64,000 bases of DNA, taken from the NCBI GenBank assembly GCA_964016885.1, contig OZ024742.1, forward strand, positions 199,888,001-199,952,000. The letters run 5' to 3'. Position 1 is the stretch's first letter; every line of letters begins with the position of its first letter. The DNA is from Eledone cirrhosa (taxonomy: Eukaryota). Position numbers and translations under genes: made by a program. Of this stretch, positions 52,301 to 64,000 are shown one piece after another. The notes under the pieces were generated by a model. The model was not told the DNA's origin. It saw only the letters and a program-made list of their open reading frames with translations, and made no database searches.

Positions 52301-53205
52301 CACAAAGGAAGAATTATTAAAGAAACTGCCTGAGAAATGGCAAGAAAAGCCTCTGTATGGAAAATAGCCAGAAAGAGTTAACAATCCTGATGTTGACAAA
52401 ACTTTAACCCATCAGTGGTTAACATCTTCTAGACTGAAATCGGAGACTGAAGGACTGATTATATCAGCACAAGATCAGTGTCAGCCAATAAAAAACTATC
52501 AAGCCAATATCATAAAAAATGGATGCAAACCATTATGCCGTGTGTAAAAAAACAACCAGAGACCTTTGATCATATAATTTCAGTGTGCAGTCTTTTAGCT
52601 CCATTTGAATACATTAACAGGAACGACAGAGCTGCACAATACTTATATTAGATAATGTATAAGTATTTTGATCCTCCCATCAAAAGAAATGGTGCGAGCA
52701 TCAACCACTTCCAGTACTGTTTCAATTTTGTGAAACTTTAGCATCCAAACATACCGGATAAGTGATGCAAATAGGCCTGATACAATATTGAAGGACTTTA
52801 AACAAAGGGTATGCCTACTAACTGACATAAACGTTCCTATAGACAAGAATATAGCTATAAAAACATTTGAAAAATTGAACAAATAAAAACATTTTAGAGA
52901 TTTTTTAAATGCTGAAGTTGAGAGCTAAAATAATACCAGTGGTTGTAGGGGCTCTAGGAGTGTTACCTAAGGAGTTTAATGATTACTAATCCCAAATTCC
53001 ATGAGACCTGCATATAGAAGATATACAAAAGATAGTACCAATGGGAACTGTCCATATACTAAGGAAAATTCTGTCGATATAAGTATCTTACAAGTGTAAC
53101 ATCTAATTTCTTTTCTCTTTCTGAACATGGCGAAATTGGTGTCTTTTGAGGTCACTGGTTGTAACTGGGTGATAACTCGTCTGAACATAAAGTAAAATAA
53201 AAGAA
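49388..53205 (+). pseudogene. Near full-length degenerate R4/Dong element starting at (TAA)n
   Basis: Myb-like KWTREDNKEVL, NYRPIT, GCKDQLLI, DDLKL, RLYLPRKKGGQGL, NRPD, IPVVVGALG; many stops and frameshifts. Confidence 0.85.
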
Positions 53206-53481
53206 ATAATTATGAAAATAAATCTTTCTTTAAAACGATTGCAAATGAACGCAATAGTTTTAGGCTGGAGAAAAGAATATCACGTTAAAGAAATGTCGGG
53301 AGATAGTTTTATTTCATCTTTCGATACAATTTTTTTTTTGTGTAGAGAAATATATTTTCATCTCTCACTCTACACACACACACATGCATGCATACACGCA
53401 TACGTACATACATGCATACATACATACATACATACATACATACATACATACATACATACATACATACATACATACATACAT

Positions 53482-54076
53482 GGTGGCTGCCAACTCGTCT
53501 TCGAGTACGGCCACTACTTTATATCCATGTAGGAGAACCCCTACCGATACGCTGAACGAGTGTGACTTTTTAGTCCAGCAAGCGACTTGAAAACTCTGGT
53601 ACAAACACTACACTTGTGACAATTATTGACACATAGTGCTGGGCCCATGGTACCATGTGACGACAAGTGCAGAGAGATCTCCAGATATAAAGCAATGCCT
53701 GTGCCGTGAAGCTTTTATAGTGAGCAAAGGCACTGCGCAAAGCCAGTCCCACTCTCTTAACCAAGATGATATTTACCAAAAAGAAGAACAAGTCAACATC
53801 ATTGGATACCAACAGGGTTGCAGGTGTTATATCAGAGTTTTCCTTCTCCTAGAATTCTGCCTTGACAAAGGCTAAGGGGTCATCTCTCCCTGTGATTTTG
53901 GATGGCCATTGACTCTTAAGAGCTCCTTTGCCCTTTGACGGGTTTTGTTTTTAGTCCTGCAGGATGTCCAAAGTCACCCTCCTCACCAAGAAACCTTGGT
54001 GGGGTTGCCAGTTTAGTCGCCAACGACCCGACCATGAGACAGGTTGCACTGGGATACATGTTACCAGTAGCACCAA
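53482..54076 (-). mobile_element. Element A, nearly full length, ending ~40 nt upstream of the exon
   Basis: Reverse complement of 40795-41388; (CATA)n at its 3' end. Confidence 0.88.
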
Positions 54077-54116
54077 AGCTATATTTCGTTCAGATTTGTT
54101 CTTTGTCTTATTTCAG

Positions 54117-54224
54117 ACGGAGTTTGATGGTTTGACCGGTCGTGTGGCATTTGACGCTAGAGGTCACCGCAGGGACTTCACATCAGACATTTTGGATGCA
54201 GGGGTTACACAAGGAGCTGTAAAG
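54117..54224 (+). CDS. Internal exon of an ionotropic glutamate receptor (amino-terminal LIVBP-like domain)
   Basis: TTATTTCAG|...AAG|GTAGTG, 108 nt, phase 0-0; TEFDGLTGRVAFDARGHRRDFTSDILDAGVTQGAVK fits the F-x-GLTG-x-V-x-FD-x-x-G-x-R motif of AMPA/kainate-type receptors; other LIVBP-domain receptors not excluded. Confidence 0.8.
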
Positions 54225-54366
54225 GTAGTGTTGCTTTGGGGGATTCATCAAATCTTTTCTAAACCTTTTTTTCTTTTTTTTACATACATACATACATTTT
54301 TTTCTTTTTTTTACATGCATACATACATACATACATACATACATACATACATACATACATACATAC

Positions 54367-55720
54367 ATAAGGAGAGAACCAGAACTGAATACCTCAGAAG
54401 AGTAAAGAAAATATGGTCATCAGAACTGTCAGCGTACAACAAATACATTGCCCACAATACTTATGCTGTGCCAATTCTAACGCCAACATTTGGCCTGCTG
54501 AACTGGTCATTGCAAGAACTAAGTGAGATGGATGTTAGAACCCGCAAACTTCTCAGTGTTACTGGGAACTTTAACATCAATGGTGATGTGGATAGGCTAT
54601 ACTTCTCACGCAAGGAAGGTGGCCGGGGTCTAAAATCCATATTAACATCATATGAGACCCGGATAGTAACACTGAAGCAACACCTTCAACAGAGGAAAAA
54701 GGTTGGCAACCATCTTGCCCAGGTTTATGAGCATGAAAAAAAATATATCATTAGAATAGCCACTGATCTGGAGGAGAGATATGGAATAAAGCCTGATATA
54801 AATCTCTCACCCAGAGAAATCGGAAGATCCTATTCAATGTTCAAACAAGATGAAAAAATTGACCAATTTACAGAAAAAGTTGTGCATGGATACTTGAGAC
54901 GTAAAACACAGACCATAGAGGGGATAAACCACTCAAAAAGCCTGGCATGGAGTTCCGACAAGTTTATGACATCACACCTTGAGGGATATCTCTATGCAAT
55001 ACAGGAACAAGAACTCCCTACCAAATATCTGCTGCACAAAAGGGGAGGGCCAGCAGCTGACAATAAATGTAGGCTATGTAAAACAAAGATCGAGTATGTA
55101 AGCCACATTGTTGCCAGCTGCGAAAGAATGTCATCTCGCTACTACCTCCCCATGAGACACGATGGGATAGCTAGAACCATCTGGAACGCACTTCGGAAAA
55201 CAAAATTAACAACAAACGAGGAAGAATATATTGAGACAGATGGCACTAAGGAGTACTGGTGGAACCTGAAAATAAAAACTGCCACCAAATTAAAGCACAA
55301 CCGGCCTGATATTGTAGTTTGGAACCACACATTGAAAACGTGTTCTGTTGTGGAGATCAGCTGCCCACTTGATGTAAACGTTGTCAGAAAAATACAGGAG
55401 AAGGAGGACATCTATGGCCCATTGATGAGGAGTTTACAAATCCAGTATCCAAGATACACCTTTAGCTTCATACCCATCATTATTGGAGCTACGGGTTATA
55501 TGCCAACCCGTTTGGACCAAAGCATGTCTGAACTCGGATTTGCGGACAAACAGCGCAGCTCCCTAATTCATAGTCTACAAATGGCTGCGATAGCTGGCAC
55601 CTTCAAAATTTGCAAAACATTCTTGCGATTCAAGGGATGACAATTTCTTTTCTTTACAACCTTGTCACCAGGAAGGTAGCCGGTCAAAAAAATATACTCA
55701 AAATTAATAGAAAGAGATAA
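54367..55720 (+). mobile_element. 5'-truncated CATA-targeted R4/Dong LINE, frame still open to 55640
   Basis: High identity to the last ~1.35 kb of the array copies. Confidence 0.92.
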
Positions 55721-55783
55721 CACATATATATCATACATATATCATACATATCATCATATACATATATATATCATACATACATA

Positions 55784-56043
55784 CTAATATCAAAGATTAG
55801 CGAAAAGAAGAATATCTATGCAGAACTGATGAGAAATCTGCGGGTACTCCACCCTGACTATACCTTCAGATTTATGCCTGTGATTATTGGGCACTGGGAT
55901 ATGTTAGTAACTGCCTCAATACAAATCTTGAGAAGTTAGGCTTCACAGGAACAGAAAGAACACAACTAGTTAGGAAATTACAAGTACAATCCATTAATGG
56001 AACAGTAAAAATATGTAAAACATTCCAAAAATTCTGCATCTAA
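55784..56043 (+). pseudogene. 3' fragment of a diverged sister family of the CATA-targeted LINE
   Basis: EKKNIYAELMRNLRVLHPDYTFRFMPVIIG...GTVKICKTFQKF, in CATA-rich flanks. Confidence 0.75.
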
Positions 56044-56467
56044 TAACTGCATATACACATGTACAGATACAAAGCATATACACATGCACACATACAACTC
56101 AAAACATCCACATCCACACATACAATAACATCCATATCTACATACTTATATACGTGTGGATGTATGTATATATGTATATATACATATATATATGAGATAT
56201 GTGTGTATAAATATGTATGTAGATATATGCGTGTATATATGTGTGTAGATATATATGTGTATATATATATGTATGTAGATATATATATATATATATGTAT
56301 GCTTGTATATATATGTATATATATAGATATATATGTGTATATATGTATTACATATATATACATGTTTGTATATGTATGTGTGTGTGTATATATATATATA
56401 ATACTCGCACGCAATCGCGCGTGCGTATATATGTATGTAGATATATGTATATATACATACACACACA

Positions 56468-56503
<36 letters not shown>

Positions 56504-56953
56504 CATAAGGCAAGGGCAACCACAGAAAAAAAAACTAGAGAATCTATACGATGCTGTTAATCAGTTAATACGTGCAGATAAAACACTATTCGCTAAGTTG
56601 GCGACTGTATACATCAGATGAACAAGTAAAATTTAACAAGCTCTGTACTATAGAATTTCTTAAGTACGTACATTAAATCGCAGCAATTGGAAATTATCAA
56701 ATGGAATAGAGAAATTTCTATAACGTATTCTAAAAGACTAGTCTTAACTTTATTATACTTCGGTTGGGCGGTGGATGTAAGGAGCAAATGATAAAAAATG
56801 ACTTCAAAAGATTAATTATTTTACAACCAAGACCAACACTACCATCACCACTATCGTCATCAGCAGTAGCAGCAACGAAATTATAACGTAAATTATATAA
56901 ATGTATATATGCATGTATATGTGTATCTCTCGCTCTCTTTACAGGGAGAGAGA

Positions 56954-57094
<141 letters not shown>

Positions 57095-57189
57095 AACACT
57101 TATGTATACAAAAATATTTAGGCTGGGAAAAGCATTACGTATTTGGCGGGATTCAATTGCTAATCCCCTTCGAAGTAGACCCTTTGGGA

Positions 57190-57560
57190 CTCCACGACTC
57201 CACACACTTAGGTCAGTGATCCTTGTACTGTTCCAGGCATGCCTAATTTACCTTTTTTCTGAATGGCTCTGGGCTCTTCCATTGCAGCCCACACGATGTC
57301 TCTCGGTTCTCAAAGAAGTTGGAAGGAACCATGTCTGGATCGTAGGGAGCCTGGCGAATGAGCTGAATGCCTTTCTTGCCAAGAAACCTTAGATAAACAA
57401 CAATGAATGAGCTGTTGCGTTGTCATGATGCAGTTGCCAGTTTTGCGTGGCCCACAGATCCGGGTTCTCGTGCTGAACTACATCATGAATACGTCGGAGG
57501 TCTTCTTGATAGAACACATTTGTAGCTGTTTTCTCCTCTGGTATTTATTTTTGATGCACC
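57190..57560 (-). pseudogene. Mariner transposase fragment
   Basis: Minus-strand WQLHHDNATAHS...FLA motif. Confidence 0.65.
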
Positions 57561-57944
57561 AGAATTGGTAAAATAACCCTAAGGACGAAAGAATTACAGT
57601 TATTTTCAGCGTTTGTGATTCTGTCATTTTCAAATTTCAAATCGTCCAACGCTTCAATAATTCATAAGAGTTATATTTCAATAACTTATTTCTAGGATAT
57701 AATGAAATACAATGTCCATCTTATATGTACCGATGATATACAAGATTATGTGTATGAGTAACTTTGGAGAAGTAACTCTTCATAAGAACAAATGTAGGTT
57801 AGAATTCTGGACATTATGACTGGAAAGTAAACTTTTTATTGTAGCAACATGACTGAGATAGGAAGTGTACAGTATGTGTGTGTGTATATGTTTGTGTGTG
57901 TAAATTTCAAAAATTACAAACATATATATAAATAGCTATACACA

Positions 57945-58360
57945 TGGCGGCAGTATCTGTAGAGCGTCGAACAACCTGTTTGCGGTATAGAATTATACCC
58001 CTTTACGTTCTGAGTTCAAATCCCACAGAGGTTAGCTTTATCTTTCATCATTAGGGGCTCGATAAATAAAGCACCAGTAATGTACTGGGGTCGATTTAAT
58101 CGACCGTACCCACACAAAAAAAAATGTAGGTCTTGTGCCTAAATCAGAAATTATTATTAAGAGTAAAATAAAGTACCAGTAATGCACTGGCCTTGTGCCT
58201 AAAGTAGAAACAATTATTAAGAGTTACATCCCTTTACGGACTGAGTTCAAATTCAGTCGAGGTTAACTTTGCCTTTCATCCTTACGGGGTCGATAAAATA
58301 AAGTACCAGTAATGTACTGGGTAATTGCTGGCCTTGTGCCAAAAGTAGAAACAATTATTA
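57945..58360 (+). mobile_element. Tandem SINE cluster
   Basis: Two or three partial copies of the 16358 family. Confidence 0.75.
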
Positions 58361-58549
58361 AGAGTGACTAGCAGACCCCCCCCCCCCCCTTGGGCGGTTT
58401 TCTTCTAGCATATGTTGTGTGCGTATTGGTTTTAAACGCAAATATATATGCTTATAGATATGATACGTAAATTGAAAAGTAAATTGACAATATCTTCTCC
58501 TTCACCCACTTACTTCTGAGAGGGTCGTGGGAGCAGAGTCCTCCTCAAA

Positions 58550-59112
58550 CACTCCTTCCTGTTAGTCTGTCAGAAGCAAACATCTCTAACAGATCCAGCT
58601 GTATCCCAAAGCGTGACCAGCCAAGCTCATGGATGTTATCTAATTATTTTGCTCGGGGTCTACCACTGGGTTTCTTGCTGGTTGGTTTTGCCTCTAAAAT
58701 GTGTCCAGCGATTCTTTCCTGAGATATTCTAACCAGATACCCATAGTAACGGAGCTGTGATCTCTCAATCCAGAGAAGTAGTGGCTCTACCAGGAGTGAC
58801 TCTCTGATCTCTGAGCTATGCCCTTTATAACGTTACTCCAAAGACCCTGCTGAGGAACCCCAATTCTGCCGTTTGTATTCGCAATTGTATTCTTTCGGTC
58901 ATTACCCAAGATTCATGACCCTCGGTAAGGGTTGGCAGAAATACCAGGAAGACAGTGAGTTTGGCTTTTACACTTACCTCCCTTCTTCTGATTACTGAAT
59001 GCTGAAGCTGGCGCATTACTGCATCAGCTTTTGCAATTCTTGTACTTAATTCAGCCTCCTGCCTTCCATCACTCGTGATACTTGAACTTCTCCAGCTGCT
59101 TCAGTGGAACTC
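58550..59112 (-). pseudogene. RTE-clade LINE 3' fragment
   Basis: KAKLTVF..LPTLTEGHESWVMTE..RIQTAELGFLSRV.GVTL. Confidence 0.75.
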
Positions 59113-59387
59113 CATTCACATGTATATAAATTTGAGCGCCTTCTGTCCATCCGTCCGTCAGAAAATATGTGTGTGTTCGTGTGAATGTATGTGTGTGTAA
59201 AAGGAAGGGAAGGGATACACACATATATGGTTCTAACTTAAAAACGGAGACACATACACACATATATATATATGACACACATATATATAACACACACGTC
59301 TCTAATTTAAGAATGCCGACAAACTCACGCGGGCGCACATACACACACTGTCCTATTACCACTGAAGAACTTGAGCCCGGGCAAACA

Positions 59388-59790
59388 CCCCTCAATTTTG
59401 AAACCGTCTGGATTGTCCAGAATTGATGGGAAAAGACCTGACGGTGTTACCCTGTGCTCCTGGTCAAGAGGCAGGTGCCTTGTCTGGGACATCACAGTTA
59501 GTGACTCTTTTGCTTCTTCCTACATCCTGGATGCAGCAGTAAGTGCGAGAGCCACAGCATCCACAGCTGAGCAGAACAAAATCCTAAAATACGGTGTTCT
59601 GTTGACTAACTATATTTTCCACCCTATGGCGTTCGAGACGTTTGCGCAAGTCTGGCTACTGTCTGCGAGATTCTTATCTTCACTGGCGGCTTGCCTAACA
59701 GAGGTGAAGCTCGTGAAGGCTCTCGGTTGTTCCAGTACATCAGCCTCGCCTTCACCCGAGGTACTGGCTTGCCTAAAAAATTATTAGAGA
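59388..59790 (+). pseudogene. CRE-like REL endonuclease fragment
   Basis: DGKRPDGVTL.SWSRGRCLVWDIT..DS.A...AE..K..KY....F.P.AFET. Confidence 0.8.
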
Positions 59791-59840
59791 GGTTTCCCAG
59801 TGCTCCCCGCGATATTGTCCACCCCTTTCGCCTGCATTTT

Positions 59841-60078
59841 GTTGTATGTGGTCTTTGATGTATGTATTACCTGCTTGTGTGTTGTATGTGGCTCTAGATG
59901 TGAGTATTACCTGCTTGTGTGTTTTATGTGGTCCTAGATGTATGTATTACCTGCTTGTGTGTTGTATGTGGTCCTAGATGTGTGTATTACCTGCTTGTGT
60001 GTTGTATGTGGTCCTAGATGTATGTATAACCTACTTGTGTGTTGTGTGTGGTCCTAGATGTGTGTATTACCTGCTTGT
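59841..60078. repeat. 40-bp minisatellite, ~6 copies
   Basis: Unit GTTGTATGTGGTCCTAGATGTRTGTATTACCTGCTTGTGT. Confidence 0.9.
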
Positions 60079-60210
60079 AATGTATGTATATGCACATACG
60101 CACACACGTGCACATTCATACACACATATACACATACACACACACATACACGTCAGCACGTTGAAAAACATCCTAATCTCTTCATTTCTCTCTCTCTCTC
60201 TTTCTCCCCC

Positions 60211-60295
<85 letters not shown>

Positions 60296-60448
60296 ATACA
60301 GAGCTTGTGTTGTTTTGAAAATTAGCCTTGTTTACAAACTGCGGAAGTTCTATATCACTATCTAGTTATATATATATATATATATATATATCTGTCACAT
60401 AGTCACTTTGTATCTCTCTCTCTTCGCACACTCCCTCTTTCTTTCTCG

Positions 60449-60527
<79 letters not shown>

Positions 60528-60557
60528 GATATATATATATATATATATATACATATA

Positions 60558-60716
<159 letters not shown>

Positions 60717-60935
60717 TGGTGATGGTGGTGGCGATATACCGGAAGTATTGAAATTTGAATTCTTTAAAAGAAGTAAATCTTGAAATATGCAATAAAATTA
60801 TTTATGATGAATCATTTGTGAGGAAATTTAGTAGATAAATTATGTAATATTGATTCATTATTTATTCAAAGTAATCCAACTTATTTTATTAACGGGATTA
60901 AAATATATATTCTGGACGCCTGTCCTGCACTCCTC

Positions 60936-61510
60936 CATCGGTAGACGGTCGGACGCCATGCTTTCCAGCATAGTTACGTCCCTTTATGATCTGAGTTCAA
61001 ATCCCGCCGAGGTTGACTTTGCCTTTCATCCTTACGGGGTCGATAAAATAAAGTACCAGTAATGTACTGGCCTTGTGCCTAAAGTAGAAACAATTATAGT
61101 ATAGATTTTAGGGCAGTGGATTGGCAGTATCGGTAGAGGGTTGGACGCCATGTTTTGCAGCATAGTTACGGCCCTTTATGGTCTGAGTTCAAATCCTGCC
61201 GTGGTTAACTTTGCCTTTCATCCTTACGGGGTCGATAAAATAAAGCATCAGTAACGTACTGGGGTCGATTTAATCGATTTTCCCCTCTCACCAAATTACT
61301 GGCTTTGTATCTATGCTAAAAATCATTTTGGGAGTATCGGTAGAGGGTCGGACGCCATGCTTTCCAGCATAGAGTTACGGCCCTTTCCATTCTGAGTCCA
61401 AATCCCGCCGAAGTTAACTTTGCCTTTCATCCTTACGGGGTCGATAAAATAAAGTACCAGTCATGTACTGGGTAATTGCTGGCCTTGTGCCAAAAGTAGA
61501 AACAATTATT
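60936..61510 (+). mobile_element. Three head-to-tail tRNA-derived SINEs
   Basis: Three repeats of the B box plus GGGGTCGATAAAAT core. Confidence 0.85.
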
Positions 61511-62050
61511 AACAGTGATTTTATCGTTTCTCCACATTCTACAATTCAATATCTGATAAAAATATATTCTAAATTCTGTATGTCATACATTTTCACTGCC
61601 ATATCCGGGGAAGATCTTCTGGTTCCTCCATGTTATGTGTTGCATCTCAGGACGATATATTCTGATATATTCAATGTTATATGCTGTAAAATGCAATATC
61701 TCACTTTATATTTTGTAAACTGGAATATCTGAACATGAAATATAATTGACCTATACAGCTTTAGCTGACCTCTCACAAAGTTGCATCTTATAGGAGTTTT
61801 CCCGGTGGATTCAATGATAAGGACTCCAATTCTATCATACGAATGTTTAGTGTGGTCACGACACACCTATTCAGGGTCAGCTGGTCTTATTTGAAGTAAC
61901 ATCTTAAAGGAATTTTTTCGAGTGTTTTAATAATAGGGTCTCCAGTTCTACCAAGAAAATCAACGTAAAGTGTAGCATCAATCAAGGAATCGAACCTGGG
62001 AGCTTAAAATCGTGACTCGAACTCCCTAACTACTATGCTACACGCTAATA

Positions 62051-62255
62051 TACAAGGTGATTACAAAAATACTCTTTGATTTCCAATACTTATGCATCAA
62101 AACTTAAATTAATATTCTTACAATATTGATGGCTACAGTTGAATAAACTAACAAAGTTTCTTTCTTTATTTGCAGAATTGATTCGATCCACTAGATGGCA
62201 GGGTAATTCAAGATGGCGTTCACTCCACAACAACGTAGCTGGTGTGTTTTGTGGT
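62051..62255 (+). mobile_element. Possible Tc1/mariner 5' end
   Basis: TA-CAAGGTG start, CCACTAGATGGCAG, ATG-AFTPQQRSWCVLW. Confidence 0.4.
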
Positions 62256-62461
62256 CACTCTATATAAGGCTTTTTCACGTTATACGTTGTAATATGTAGT
62301 ATTTGACGAAGATATATTCTTGTTTATTCAGTCTTATACACTTACTTTGAATTGTGAAGACATGTGGCTTAATGGATAGAGTGTTAAGCTCACGATCGTA
62401 AAGTCGTGAGTTTGATTTCTTGCGGAACGTTGTGTCCTTGAATAAGACACTATATTTCATG

Positions 62462-62710
62462 TTGTCTCGCCATATTCAGCGCCTGCCCAACGAACGACAC
62501 TCGAAAGCAGCGATGAACTGGACTCCACCTGGCGGAAAACGGAGGCGGGGTTGCTCCAGGATCACCTGGCGAGGAACGTTCCGAAAAGACCTGATGGCAG
62601 CCAACATCACTTGGCACGGCCGCGAAAAAGCCGCCGCTGATCGTGACCGTTGGCGAGTACTTACTGCTCGATGCGCCGAACGGCGCGGAAGAACCTGAGA
62701 CTAAGACATT
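62462..62710 (+). pseudogene. RTE 3' end inserted in a tRNA-derived SINE (~62362-62870)
   Basis: HIQRLPNER..K.AMNWTPPGGKRRRG..R.TW...AADRDRWR. Confidence 0.75.
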
Positions 62711-62897
62711 CATTCAGTTGGGAAAATAAAATTGTGCTTTTACTTCAGATATTGTGGTCCCGCTGAATCTCCCTGAGAACTTCGTTAAATGTGCACGTGT
62801 CTGCGGAATACTCAGCCATTTACATGTTAATTCCATAAGCAGGCTGTTTCACTGGTCGAATAACTGTATAACACGTAGTCGGAATGGATAGCAATCC

Positions 62898-62988
<91 letters not shown>

Positions 62989-62989
62989 T

Positions 62990-63020
<31 letters not shown>

Positions 63021-63473
63021 ACACTCATATACATACACACACGCGCACACACACACACACACACATACGATATCACGTACAAGCTGTTCTTGTTCCACTG
63101 GTCGAGTAACAAGAATACTCATCGTCGAAACCGACGTAAATCCATTCCATTCCATTCCCCAGTGATTTACCCGAGGAAGCACACATATATCATGTGCAGG
63201 CTGTTTCACTGGTCGAATAACCAGAATACTCATCGTCGAAACCGATGTAGATCCATTCTATTCTATTCAACAATGTATTATCCGAGGAAGGCTCAACCAG
63301 TTGATGAAAGATACGAAACGTTTATTTGTTTCATTGATTTTAGGAAGAAAGACATTTTCAACAAATTCTGCTAATGATGAGTAGGAAATATTGAAAGGAA
63401 ATTGCAAATTTTCCATCACTCATAGTCTAGCTAGGTTTAACAAAACATTGATAGAGCAACAAGAGAGATGAGA

Positions 63474-63829
63474 ACCGCCACCACCATCACCCCAACCACC
63501 ATCACTACCGCCACCATCACCATCACCAACACCACCGCCACCACCACCACCACCATCACTACTACCACCACCACCACCACCACCACCACACTGCCAACAA
63601 CAACAACAACACCGTCACCTCTACCACCAACACCACCACCACCATCACTACCACCAACACCACCACTACCAACACCATCACTACCACCAACACCACCGCC
63701 ACCACCAACAACAATAACAACACCATCACCACCACCACCAACACCACCACCACTACTACCAACACCACCACCACTACCCCCATCACTACCATCAACACCA
63801 CCACCAACAACAACAACAACACCATCACT

Positions 63830-63860
<31 letters not shown>

Positions 63861-63964
63861 CTATCACCACCACCACCGCCACTGCCACCACCACCATCAC
63901 CGCCTCCACCACCGTCACCACCACCACCACCGCCACCACCACCACCAACAACAACAACAACATC

Positions 63965-63996
<32 letters not shown>

Positions 63997-64000
63997 CAAC
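63474..64000. repeat. Compound (CAC/CAA/CAT)n microsatellite
   Basis: Direct reading. Confidence 0.9.

Noticed and set aside
53964-54116. N-terminus of the 558-aa ORF as a real gene start
   Set aside because: It lies in antisense element A and the polypyrimidine tract; the ORF is a patchwork of repeat, exon, intron and LINE.
59358-59412. Hammerhead-like CTGAAGA...GAAACCGTC
   Set aside because: The 3' half is CRE coding sequence and the stems are minimal; probably chance.
59841-60078. CRISPR-like periodicity
   Set aside because: Contiguous 40-bp units without unique spacers in eukaryotic DNA; a minisatellite.

Overview
This is AT-rich, microsatellite-dense eukaryotic DNA. The SINE families and repeat style suggest an octopod cephalopod (inference), so most short ORFs in the track are microsatellite artefacts. 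The only host exon I recognise is a 108-nt ionotropic glutamate receptor amino-terminal-domain exon (54117-54224, +), so the window is probably mostly intron. Main contents: (1) a young R4/Dong-type RT+REL retrotransposon always inserted in (CATA)n, present as three intact 1127-codon copies in a ~4.03-kb tandem array plus three 5'-truncated copies; (2) a ~606-bp non-autonomous, apparently RTE-derived bipartite element (subfamilies A and B) using the same microsatellites on the opposite strand; (3) at least seven type I hammerhead ribozyme motifs in Penelope-type repeats next to (TA)n, including a U3-A8 core variant in an inverted-repeat element and a pair inside a perfect 338-bp palindrome; (4) an 8-kb degenerate (GTT)n tract; (5) older R4, Penelope, CRE, RTE and mariner relics and many tRNA-derived SINEs. 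Coordinates were read by eye and edges may be off by a few bases.
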